Shown: piece after piece, positions 26,341 to 38,261 of the stretch | Position numbering within the stretch: position 1 is the first letter of the stretch | Layout: every line of letters starts with the position of its first letter | Assembly: GCA_023231475.1 (NCBI GenBank) | Contig: JALJEE010001426.1 | Location: 1 to 64,000 of the forward strand | Direction: 5' to 3' | DNA length: 64,000 bases | Source of the DNA: Seison nebaliae | Taxonomy: Eukaryota | Notes under the pieces: generated by a model | The model's input: the letters and a program-made list of their open reading frames with translations, nothing else | Told to the model about the DNA's origin: nothing | Database searches by the model: none | Program-made: the position numbers and the translations under genes

Positions 26341-26413
26341 GGTCCTGTGGCTTAGCGGTTAAAGCGCCTGTCTAGTAAACAGGAGATCGTGAGTTCAAAT
26401 CTCGCCAGGACCT
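26341..26413 (+). tRNA. tRNA-Thr(AGT), copy 2, identical to copy 1
   Basis: Same 73 nt as 25220-25292, T4 terminator. Confidence 0.95.
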
Positions 26414-26757
26414 TTTAACATTACTTTAAAGTGTAGTACACTTCGTAACTATCACTCTTTTGAATAATAAAACTAAATTATTTATCGTTTATTGGTGGAC
26501 AAGAAGTTTTAAAAGTTTAATTATGTTACAACACTTATAGACAGGTAGAATAATTTTTATAAAGATTTGTAATAACACCTGACTAATTAAATCAATTCAA
26601 ATAGATTTTCTGACTGATCGACACTATAGTCAACTAATATAAAATATAATATAAAATTTTTACCATATAAATATTTACCATAAACTATAGTTTATGATCA
26701 AATATGCCGTAGAAACAAACGAATGCCGTAAAATGTAACATAAATTATAACTATCAT

Positions 26758-26830
26758 GCCCGCTTAGCTCAGTCGGTAGAGCGTGGGACTTTTAATCCTA
26801 AGGTCCAGGGTTCGAGCCCCTGGGTGGGCG
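26758..26830 (+). tRNA. tRNA-Lys(TTT)
   Basis: gcccgct/ggtgggc acceptor, tggga-ctTTTaa-tccta anticodon arm, GGTTCGAGCCC. Confidence 0.92.
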
Positions 26831-27199
26831 GTTATAATTTTTAGAAATCCAACTAATGAATTTTTCCTCAATTTTTACCATTCATGAACATTAACAAACT
26901 AACGAAGTGTTAAAGAACCTTATAATTTGTCTATATAAACGAAGTATATTTTGTTACAACAATTCAACAATTTATCTATACTGGTTAATTTCATTCTATT
27001 CCATTCTTTTTTTTAGACTATTCTTATTAAAACTTACTAAATTACGGACACATCGTTTATACAGTTTTATGACATGGCAAAACGAAAAAATGAATATATC
27101 AACTAATAGACTTAACTGGAATTTAGAATATCATCTGATAAGTCTTAAAACATATTTTAAAAATTTGGAATATTAACCATAAGTTAAATAATATAATGT

Positions 27200-27272
27200 G
27201 CCGTGATAGCTCAGTTGGGAGAGCGTTAGACTGAAGATCTAAAGGTCCCTGGTTCGATCCCGGGTCACGGCG
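27200..27272 (+). tRNA. tRNA-Phe(GAA)
   Basis: gccgtga/tcacggc acceptor, ttaga-ctGAAga-tctaa anticodon arm, T5 terminator. Confidence 0.95.
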
Positions 27273-27541
27273 TTTTTAAATTTTTATCGCACAAGGTGCA
27301 ATAAAATTTAGAAAAAGGTTAATTTTCTAATTGATCAAATAATAACTTATTATAATAATTATTATAATCTGGTTATTCTAACTCGTCATGATTTTGAACC
27401 TATCTGATATTTAAAAACAATAAAAATTTCTTCTTTCTCCCAATAAAACAAAAAAGAGGAACATTGATAATGTGTATTTTGAAAAAATGTGAGAAATAAT
27501 AGAAAAAAAAATTATTGACCAATTATTTTGATGAGATTAAA

Positions 27542-27936
27542 TTATTTCCCCAATGGAATCTTTACACCCGCCTGTACTTCCCAACCTCGATTACTCATAT
27601 TATATCTCGTTCATGGAATTAACCTGCTGAAAATTGAACTCCTTTACGATTTCTATAAGATAAATTTGCCTCATTTTTCGGGAGTTTATGTCCTGTGTTC
27701 CCGCGAAATCTAATATATCTTCCGTTTGCTCCCCATTTATTTCCCTGGTATGCCGCTCCAAAACTATGTGTTCGACCTTGGATTTTTCTTGACAATTGAT
27801 GATCGAATGAAATATGACTTTGACGACGATTTTTAATTGAACTATGTTCTTCCAAGTTTGCTTAAGTCAAACAATTTACAGTCAATATGAATTGCAGGAG
27901 AACAACAAAAATTAAATTGAAAAATGCGATCTTCAT
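27542..27936 (-). pseudogene. Putative secreted Gly/Arg-rich peptide precursor, interrupted by two TAA and a frameshift
   Basis: MKIAFFNLIFVVLLQFILTVNC signal-like leader, KNRR then Q, Gly/basic mature region, tail NRGWEVQAGVKIPLGK in a shifted frame. Confidence 0.45.
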
Positions 27937-28763
27937 GTTGAATGATAATTTCCGAATTGTTTTAATTAGTTAAGTAATGCATAGATAAAAATAATCTTCT
28001 TTCACTCTTCTTTTTATACCAATAAATTTCGACAAGAAATAAACTTTGAAATTACACTCCTACATTTTCCTATCAGTTGGTGGAATATAATTAATCTGAA
28101 CTAGAGTTTGGATGATACTTGTTATTAAATAATTTATAGGAACTTTTAACATATTTTATTTGTTATGTTCTTATTTTTATAAGAGCATAGATTAAATTGA
28201 TATTAATCTCCTGATGATCCTGAGTTTAGTAATAAGATTCCTTATTATGTACGATTGGGTTATAAGATATATTATATATATTTATTTTAACGAGGGAAAT
28301 ATACGTATTACGTATATATATATATACCGTTTCGAGTAATTTATATTTTTGATAGATTCCAAATTAAAATTATTGACAACGTCATTAATTACATTCAACT
28401 TCTATCGGTCATCTTTATTATAGTCTATAATATAGACTCTATATTATAGAGTCTATATCTCTATATTGAAAGTAAGTACAATAGAGTCGAATTTTTATAT
28501 AAAATATTAGTTATATTAGTTAATCGATGTGATCTATTATAACCTGATGATGTTCTTGATGATAAAAACTTCAAATTTTGAAATTTTAACGCTCTTTCTG
28601 TAAACCTTTAAATTTATCAGATTGACAGCTGTCGTCGACTGTCACCTGATATAAACGGTTATAATCTTGTTAATAACATATGAAAAGAAAGTATCGAGAA
28701 ATTATTAGCTTCTTAAAAGCATTTTCATTTGTCAAATTATTTATTCTTCGGTCAGGGTGAAAA

Positions 28764-30568
28764 ATGTTTTCATTAAAAAATTCGCATAATGTTTTTAAAC
28801 TCTTGTCAATTCAATGTCGATTTCAATCCGTTGCAATCATCGGTTCTGGTCCTGCAGCATTTTATTCTGCTCAACAATTATTATCAAAGGTTGAAATTAT
28901 TCTCTAATTTGTTTGATAATTTTATTGAAAAACAGAATAAAAAAGTTAAAATTGAACTCTTCGAAAAATTGCCCGTTCCGTTTGGACTGATACGTTATGG
29001 TGTTGCTCCTGATCATCAGGAGGTAAAAGTTTGGGGAAATTTAAAAGAAATTTACTTTTTTTGTAGTAATCGAATTTCATTTGTGTGTATTGCATTATAG
29101 AATTGTTTGAATCATTTTACTCGATTGATGAATGAAAATGAGAATCGAATAAAATTTTATGGAAATGTCAAAATTGATGATCGACATGTGTCATTAGAAG
29201 ATATCGTTCAAAGTTACGACGCAACTATTTTAGCTTATGGTGCTAGTTCTGAAAAACTATTGGGCATTCCACATGAAGTTCCATTTTACATGAAAAAATG
29301 TCTTTGTGATTTCTGTGTAGGAGAAATATATAAATTCGGCTCAGAAAGTGATATCATGGTATAATGGAATGCCAGATATGGATGTTAGTTTATCAATTCT
29401 TTATAAAATTATTCGATTTTCGAGTAGAATGATAAAATTGTAAAAGATTATTTAAAGACTGAAAATCTTCTTATAATCGGAATGGGAAATGTTGCACTGG
29501 ATATTGGAAGAATTTTATTGAGATCGGTGGACGTGTTGAGAAGAACGGATATTCCTGAGGAAGTTCTTGAAATATTACATCGTCACCCATTGAAATCGGT
29601 TCGTATGATTGGACGTAGGACGCATATCCATTCCGCTTTCACCACAAAAGAATTGAGAGAAATTTCAAATTTGTTCAATGTGGAAAGTGATGAAGTTCCA
29701 GATGATTTAAATCCAATTATTAACAGTTTTTTTCTTATTTTGCTTTGATAAGATGGAATAATTTCTCTTTTAGATATGACAAGACCAAAAAAACGTCTAA
29801 TGGAATTGGTGAAGAAATTAAGTGGAAAAACAATAGATCCGAATAAAAAAAGATTTTTTATAAATTATTTATTATCTCCAATGAATGTGAAGACGAATGG
29901 GAATAATATTGTGGGATTGAATTGTATGAGAAATAATTTCAAAATCGTTCAAATTCTGTTCACTTCACTTAATTTATAAAAATATTTTTATTTTAATCAG
30001 AATACCAATGAAAGTATTTCAATAATTAACTCTGAAGATGAAGAATTGATCAAGACTGAAATGGTTTCTTCATTTTCATTTTTTCAATCATAATTTTTAT
30101 CATTAGATTATAAGAGCAATCGGTTATAAAGGAAAATCGGTGTCTTCCTTATTACCATTTGACACAGATAAAGGAATTGTTATAAATGAAACGGGAAATA
30201 TTTTGGGAAGAAAAATTTTCGGTTTATTTTCCTCTTATTAACAATTATATTTTCATCAATTTATGGAAGATAATCTTTATTGTAGTGGTTGGATCGGAAT
30301 AGGAGCCATCGGAATATTGAATACGACTGAAAATTTCTCGACGATTGTTGGTCGGCAGGTGGTCAATGATTTGGAGAAGAAACAATCATTTAAAGATCCA
30401 CAATTACGTGATCATCTTTTGAAAAAGATGGATGACGAACAAAAAATAGTCAGTTGGACAGATTGGTTACGCATCGATCAACAAGAGATAAGTGAAGGAA
30501 AGAAATTGGGAAAAGTTCGTGAAAAGTTTATCAGTAAAAAAGATATTTTCCAATTTCTGGACAAATAA
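28764..30568 (+). CDS. FDXR: NADPH:adrenodoxin oxidoreductase (ferredoxin reductase), multi-exon
   Basis: IIGSGPAAFY, PFGLIRYGVAPDH, IGMGNVALDIGRILL, AFTTKELRE, YCSGWI, GKVREK. Confidence 0.95.
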
Positions 30569-31216
30569 ATAAGTTATTGTTAATTTTTAAGTTTCAATAT
30601 TTAAATTCACTTAAGCACTTTGTCCAAACATTCTTGATCAAAGAGACAAATTCATAAACATATACTCGACTTTTTTATTCTTGATAAGGAGAAATTGAAT
30701 CCGTCAGACTTTATAAAACTTTACATTAGATATTAATTAAAACCTGATACATAATGTATAATATATATGTATAAGATATTATTTACTATAATAATCTTTA
30801 ATGTAAATAAATGTGCGGAAATTTCTAATATTTTTCGTTTTTTATAATTTACGAAAATTAATTAAATCTCTTCTGATTACTATGATAATGATCAAATTCA
30901 AATAATGATTTCTTATTTTCAGTCTATCATCGCAATATGAAATCTCACAACTTAAGTGAAGCAAAGAAACATTTTTTATTGAAATGAAATAGACAAATTT
31001 TTGCTGTTGAATTATTTTTAAAGAAATTTTATTTTGATGTGGCTGTTAGTGTGCTTATTGTTGTTGTTGTAGTAAAAGAAATAAAGAAAACGTGTATATC
31101 ATAAAATATTTCTGGTATATGAGAATGAGTACGTAAAAGAGGGAAATATATTTAAAAGTTTGTTTTAACAATCGATTTTATTTCAACGTTCTTTGAAACG
31201 TTCTTCATTAGACATC

Positions 31217-31901
31217 TTAACCGCTCATCAATTTGAAAAATTCTAGAAAATATTAGTAATATGAATTGGAAGTAATAAAGTGAATAGATTTTAACCATCA
31301 AAATCTACTGTACCAGAACCATCTTCGTCTACTTCCGAAATGATTTGGTCCATCTCCTCTTCTTCCATGTCAGGATCTAAGTTCTTGAAGATCCATTTCA
31401 AATCAGCCACATCGATGACACCACGATTGTTTTTGTCGAGCACTCGGAACGCTTCACGTAATTCTTGTTCATCTTCTGCCTCTTTCGTTTTCTTGATCAT
31501 AAGAGCAAGAAACTCTTCGAAATCGACAGTTCCACTTCCTTTAGATATAACGAGTATTATGTTCTAATTTCATCTAATCATCTATTTCTAACCATCACCA
31601 TCAACAGCTTCAATACATTCTTGTAATTGTTCCGGTTTCAAATTATGTCCAAGATTTCTCATGACTGTTCCTAGAGTGGCTGTCGGGATTTCTCCAATTC
31701 CTTCTTTGTCATATTGATTGAAAGTTTTACGAATGTCTTAAAAGAATAAATTTCATAAAATTTAAAATGAATATAAATCTAGAAGAATATTGAATAAAAC
31801 CATTTTCTTGTTCTTCGGTCAATTGAAATTCTTCTTCTTCTTCTTTCTTTTGGAATAGGATTTAAATTCATTTAAGATAATTCAAAGAAAGAAACCGCCA
31901 T
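31217..31901 (-). CDS. Troponin C (invertebrate type) / calmodulin-like four-EF-hand protein, 5 exons
   Basis: Spliced: DIRKTFNQYDKEG...VDGDGSGTVDFEEF...ELREAFRVLDK...LKWIFKNL...VDEDGSGTVDFDEFFKLMSG. Confidence 0.85.
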
Positions 31902-33144
31902 TATTTTTCAATCAAATTCGAAACTTAACGGAAGATATGTGTCTATTGAAGGAAGGGAAAGAGGATAAGGAAAAAGTTATTGGAGAACTTTCAGAGAAAT
32001 AAGAAGAAGAAAAATAGAAGAAGAAAAATCTCGGTGCTTTCTCCTCAGTTAATAAGTGTATTAATATGTGAAAGCGGAGTAACAAATGCAACATCGATAA
32101 GAGAACTGGAAGAAACGTTCTACGTTCAAATCTTTCCTAAACCTAATTTCTTTATATTTCCAGAAAAATAATTAATGGAAGGAAATTAAAATGCACAACT
32201 CCTCATATGCAAATCAGTAAGATGCGCATATTATTGTTTATGATACTCTTCCAAACCGTTTCCTCCATCTCTCTATTCCTTTCTTTCCTCCCCAAATAAT
32301 TTATTATAAGTCATATAAATTCCATATACGTATTACAATCATCATCACCGATGGTAAAGTTAACGAATACGATTTCTCTTTTTTTCTTCCCAATCCACTA
32401 AAAAATAGTAAAGGCGTTTACTTCTCTTTTAAAACTATCCTATTCTTGTGTTATGTTGAATAATTCCATTAACATTTCTCTTTAACTCTTACTTCAAATC
32501 AGATATTATGGAACATCAGTTTAATGTTGTGAAAGTAAAAAAAAAAGTTATTTATTAGAAAAAGTTTTCTTTATTTAAAATCGAACGAATTCCGAGTTTC
32601 AAGGGAGATATTCTCCTTTCCTTTCCTTTCTCATTCGACTTAAGAAAGTGGATGATATAGATTCTATATAATATAATTTATGGAAAAAAGAAAAATATAT
32701 CTGATTTTCATCGGAAATGTATGGAATCTCGTTCGAATTGATTGTGTACACTGTTTGGGATTGAGAAAGTTGGCAAATAAATAAGATATTAATAGAAAAA
32801 AGGATGAGTATGAACGAAATAATAAAATTCCGATCAAGAATGAAAAAAAAGTAATTGAAGGAAAGAAATTTGTATGTTCGGAGAAAGAAGGAGCACAACC
32901 GAAATGAAATTGTAGAAAATAGAAAAACATTTCCAATGTTGACTGACTAGCTGCTGTTTTTGTATGATCATTACCAGCACCATCATTACTATTTTGATAA
33001 CCATGAATACTGTTAGAGAGATAGACAGACGTTGAACCGAATAAAAGAAAAGAAGAATGAGGAAGGCAATGTTGTAATAGAAAAGTTTTCTTTTATTATT
33101 CTCCTCATTTCGAAGTGGACTTCTCTCTCATCACTTTAACTCGT

Positions 33145-34674
33145 TCAAGTGAAACGATATGATATAGATAAAGAAATATTTCCATGCATTTGTTCAATAC
33201 GTTCCTGACAATAATATAAAGTTGACAACATTAACATCGTTCGACGATGATATCGATCCAAACGAATATGTGACATAATCACTTCTATATTTCTCTGATC
33301 ATTCGCTAATTTCGAATGATATTCTTTGAATTTAATGAAAGTGTCGATATTCATTTTATTCAAATCCTTCTCCAATTGTCGTAAGTCAGACATATCACCA
33401 TCTGTCGATTGAGCATAAGCGATGAGTGGTTGAAGTTGTTTCATAAATGAGGCAATCGTCGAATTATATTGGACATAATCATCGAATAATTGTTGTTCTG
33501 CGATATACGTTGCCAATACATAATCATCACAGATAGACCATGATGACAAATCGTCTAATCCATTTTTGACATATTCGTGGAAATTCCTCCAATAAGCAGA
33601 ACGGATGAACATCGGTCCTAAAATTTATAGTATAAAAAAAATATTTTTCTAATTTCTTTAATGAAACTTTTCAAATTGAAGACATGTTTATTGAGTGGTA
33701 AAATAGTCTGTTGAACAGATGTGATGGAATCAAGAACGATAATTGACGATTTCAATTTATTCCAATAATTAAATCCACGTCGAATATCGTTGAGAATGAT
33801 ATCTTCATCTGAATGAAGTGTCAAAACAACTGAAATAAATATTGGAATTAGAGAATAATAATGGAAAGAATTTTGAACCATCACTCATGAAACTCATTTC
33901 GACGGTTGACAAATGTATCGATGAAATTAGTTGTGATAATAAAACATTTTGAGATTCTATTACATTCTTTTCCTGATTGTTAGAGATTTGACGTTGATTG
34001 AAAATAGAAATAATATCAACAAAATTCTGATTGTCTTTCAAATATAATTTGAATAATTCGGAGAACTTTTTGTATAATTGCCGATACTTTGAAATTTGAT
34101 TGACGTCCAATTTCATTTCATTCCAAACCAAATAAATCTTTTCGATTGTGTCATGATAACTCTCATAAATTTTATAAATGTAGTCGATTAATTTTTTTGC
34201 ATTTCGACGATAACCGACAAAAATGAAAATGGCGAAACTATTCGGTTTACTGTGAACTTTGTTGTGAAACATCTGATGATGGAAATCATTAATTATTCCT
34301 CTCAATCTTTGTTTGGTGACAATATAAGATTGATATAATGGATCTTCATTATCTTCATTGGTTTTTGACGGTTTCTCTTGAACGGAATAATTATTTGATT
34401 CATATCCATTCAATTTCTTCTTTCTACCTTCAATTCCACGATTGTTCATGACATGTCCGTTTTTGATGGATTCGTGAAAATATTGAAATTTCACGTGAAC
34501 AAATTGATTGAGGAAAACATCTGATGTTGTCATTGAATCATCGTTCACATCGATGATCTGATTGTCATTTTGTTCGATAAGATTTATAGTGAAGAGTGAT
34601 GGGAAACATTTGGAGAAGATGATTGCACAAATACCAACAACGATGTTGATGAGAATAAAGAAAATAAATTTCAT
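33145..34674 (-). CDS. Type II membrane glycosyltransferase family 64 (EXT/EXTL2-like), divergent, 3 exons
   Basis: N-terminal TM; IYLVWN; VVLTLHSDED..DIRRGFNYW; ICDDYVLATYIA; CQERIEQMHGNISL align in order with the EXT C-terminal domain. Confidence 0.6.
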
Positions 34675-35097
34675 TTATATAAAAAATTAGTAGAAAGTAA
34701 TCTTATTTACATCTAATTGCGAGAAAAGAGAAAGGGAAAATATTAAAATTTTTAGGAAAAATTATTTTTATTGGGAAAATGGCAAATTATAATTTATGGG
34801 AATTGAGATTAGATGGAGAATGGAAGAAGCTTCATTTCTCTCCTTTCCATATTATATATATATCATATGGAATAAGAGAAGAATTATTTAGAAAAAGAGA
34901 TTATCATTTTTTTGAGAATAAGAATAAAAATTCTCTATGTTGAAGAAGAAACTTCAAATGGAAAGATGAAAATGAAAATTATCAGAAAAATATTTTAAAA
35001 TTTCTCTTTAAACAATTCTCTCTATTATGTAATTTGTATAAATGTCGATATAGTTTCAAGAGATAGAAATCGAACAATTGTGAGAGACGGAACATGT

Positions 35098-36882
35098 TTA
35101 ATGATAAATAGCTGAATTGCAGATTGGATGTTTAGTTGCCTCATGATTATGATCGATCGTCTCCAGATCTTTTAAGAAATCATTAGGAGTAATGATATGA
35201 TCACCACCAATAATAATATCCCAATCATCGTTAACATTATACATGATTTCATATGCACATCTCATTTCACTGTAAGTGAGTCCTCCCATCACATAACAAA
35301 TCAATCTTGGTTTAGTACGTACTCGAACATTAGTGGCACGATGCCATTGTCCGTAATTGCGGACAGCGTTTCCACTCGAATTAATTGGACGACCTTCAAT
35401 GAAAGGAAATCGTTTCTCATCTAATGAATCGTCGATGGCATTCTCGAGAATATCTTTAATGATCGGTGTCCATCTCGATGCATTGTAAGTTCGTCCACTA
35501 CGAACTTTACGTGAAAAGGTTTGTTTATTCGATGATGTCGGTGTAACGTTCACACCGAGAAGTGACAAATTTTTCAATTGTTTTTTCGAATTTTCTGATA
35601 ATTTTGAATGACCGCACAATTTTTGAAAATTGTCTAATGAAACGCCATTCTTGTGGATGATATAGAGAGCGATTAATCGAACTTTATATGATTCACAATA
35701 TTCATCACTCGTCAGAATTGTGACGAGTGGACTCATTTGATCTTTGATTTTGAGACCATCGGCATTCTCTCCCATCACCAAATTCTGTTCATGTTCACAT
35801 AATTTCTCTATTTGATCCTGATATTGTACGAGACATGAATGAGCAATTGAAACGCCAAAAGAGAAATCATTCAATTCCTTCCGATATTGTGGCATCGCTT
35901 TCAATAGAATATTCAATTGTTTTATAGATGCTTCCGTTCCAATTGCTGTTCCATGTTTCTTCGATTTGATGAATTCTCTTAATTCATTTGACATTTCTGT
36001 CGATGTCTCAGCAATATGTTTATGACGATAACGTTTCCATATAGCATTCTCCTCATCTAAAACTACTTCACGTTCCAATTCATTCTTATTTGTTTGACAT
36101 TTATACACGTCATTCTTTACTGATAACAAATCATACGACATTGCTTGTAATGTCAATTCATGAAGTAATGATGAAATGGGATCAGTTCCACGAGCCACTA
36201 ATATCAATTGAGATTTCTGTTTTTCAACTGCTACTCCTAATGTCGGTTTCTCTTTTTTCAAATTCTTCAATTCGTTATTTAACATTTGTGCCAATTCTTC
36301 CGTCGACGAATAATTCGCATCATATCGTATCAATGGACATTCATCCAATACTTCACATAACGACGTCAATTGTTTTGTAACATTTTTAAAAGTTTGATCT
36401 TTCAAATAATATGAAGGATTATAAGCCGCTTGGACCATTGATGGACGATCCAAATTGAAGACATATGATTCATAAGGTAAGAAAGAAATGTTGATCTCAC
36501 AAAAAGTTTTCGCTCGATTTGCTACTTTCGATTTGCATAATCGACGGAATAAATCTTCAGGAATTTGATGAGTGAAGAAGATGTGAATATATTTATACAT
36601 CGAAGCATTCTGTTGATCTTTGATGAGATAATCGATCGATTTCGTTGTAGGTTCGATAAAATAGATCGCTTCCAAACCAGGTAACGGTTCGCGATTCTTC
36701 TCAATATCTTCAACGATCGTAATATATTCATTCATAATATCGTGCATTTTGAGAGCAGATGATAATATTCTGGTGGCTAATTTGTCTAAAATGAGAACGC
36801 GCCAATCGCGAAACTTCATGAAATATTGTGATCGGAATAATTCATTCAATAATCGATCACCTGTCAATTTTTTGAGAACCAT
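35098..36882 (-). CDS. STXBP1: Sec1/Munc18 family protein (Munc18/unc-18/Rop), intronless
   Basis: WRVLILDK, EDIEKNREPLP, LLHELTLQAMSYDLL, SRWTPIIKDI, GGLTYSEMRCAYE. Confidence 0.93.
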   Translation of the reverse strand: MVLKKLTGDRLLNELFRSQYFMKFRDWRVLILDKLATRILSSALKMHDIMNEYITIVEDIEKNREPLPGLEAIYFIEPTTKSIDYLIKDQQNASMYKYIHIFFTHQIPEDLFRRLCKSKVANRAKTFCEINISFLPYESYVFNLDRPSMVQAAYNPSYYLKDQTFKNVTKQLTSLCEVLDECPLIRYDANYSSTEELAQMLNNELKNLKKEKPTLGVAVEKQKSQLILVARGTDPISSLLHELTLQAMSYDLLSVKNDVYKCQTNKNELEREVVLDEENAIWKRYRHKHIAETSTEMSNELREFIKSKKHGTAIGTEASIKQLNILLKAMPQYRKELNDFSFGVSIAHSCLVQYQDQIEKLCEHEQNLVMGENADGLKIKDQMSPLVTILTSDEYCESYKVRLIALYIIHKNGVSLDNFQKLCGHSKLSENSKKQLKNLSLLGVNVTPTSSNKQTFSRKVRSGRTYNASRWTPIIKDILENAIDDSLDEKRFPFIEGRPINSSGNAVRNYGQWHRATNVRVRTKPRLICYVMGGLTYSEMRCAYEIMYNVNDDWDIIIGGDHIITPNDFLKDLETIDHNHEATKHPICNSAIYH

Positions 36883-37237
36883 TTTCTTGGATTTTTTTTC
36901 GCGTTTTTCGAACTTCGAGTTGTTTATTTATTTATTTCGATCAATAGATAAGTAAATGTTAGTTATCAAATGTTTTCTTTTTGTATCACTCTGTTCACGT
37001 TCCTTCCCTTCACATTCAATAAATATTATTTAATTTAACTTTGTCATTCACTCCACTTCAGTTCACTTTCATCTTTCTCTCCATTACTCATTATTATTCT
37101 CCTCCTTTTCATACACATATAGGCGCGTATGTTTAAGAGGAAGAGATGTCCATAATTGTATGTGTATGAAGAACAAGAAACGTATACTGTTGCGTGTATA
37201 TGAAAATAGAATACAAGAACTCTTTTTCTTCTCAATT

Positions 37238-37292
37238 TCACACACACAGACACACAGACATACACACATGCACACAATTCTACATTTACACA
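37238..37292. repeat. Imperfect (CA)n microsatellite
   Basis: cacacacacagacacacagacatacacacatgcacac. Confidence 0.6.
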
Positions 37293-38261
37293 CAGTCCAT
37301 TATTGATGTCGTTTGAATTATTTTTGAAATAAGTTTGACCATAATTGTTGATGAGTTTTCTATATCATCATTCAACTCATTCACATAGTGGCCCGTTCAA
37401 CGCTTCATTTTGACATGGTTCAAGTAATTCACTTCATTATTTGAAGCGACTAATTGTTTCGATTTGTCTCTCGACACCATTTCTTGTACGTTTCTTCTGT
37501 TATTTGAGGATGATACACACCCGAAAATTAAACATAAAGCAATCTCAAATAACTTTATTCACAACATTCTTTATGATCATTTTTATTCAGTTAATTTTAT
37601 TATACCATTTCTCCAACTTAATTGTTCGCGACCAACCTTGACAATAGAAATTTTTCAATAAGATTCTTTTCATCAAACCTTTCTTGGAGAATTTCCATAA
37701 AAAAACTTTATAATCAATTGCGGTTATAAAGCTTATCTTTACTTATTTTACATATCTAACTAAATCGGATTAATATCTAAAATTATTGATCGTTACATAC
37801 ACATATTTTATCTTGTCAACATTATGATTATATCAAGTTAACTAGACAGACAATATTAACCGATAATTAGTAAACTAAATTTAAATTGTCATTAGGAGAA
37901 TAGTTAAACGTCTCTTATATTGCAAATGTGCTAAAATAGAAATGAGAAGAAAATAATTGGATAGTAAAATTAAATTGTAAGTTTATAGAAAATTAAAAAT
38001 TTTCATAAGCTTAACTAAAACTTCTTTGGAACGCTTTTAAATATTTTGCGTATCTTTTCAAAATTTTGTCGTTTTCTCAGATAAAATTATAAAGAATTTC
38101 AATCATTCCAAATTTGATGCATATAGAACCAAATTAACCTTTTCTTAGAGTAAACGGGAAAATTGAGAAACTGAAAGTCGTAGCTTCTTTAGTTATATCT
38201 TGTTGTCATAGAAACGAGGAAAAAAACTTCCCCAAAAAGTTATCATCCACCATTTCTGAAG

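Noticed and set aside
4968..27864. TAA reassigned to a sense codon (in-frame TAAs in the Helitron and the secreted peptide gene)
   Set aside because: Conserved genes (FDXR, Munc18, troponin C, ACO1, Otp) end at TAA at the expected place and have no internal TAA
27605..27880. 18-19-nt micro-introns removing the two TAA codons in the peptide gene
   Set aside because: Removing the 19-mer shifts out of the Gly-rich frame and removing the 18-mer leads to a stop; all other introns here are about 40 nt or longer
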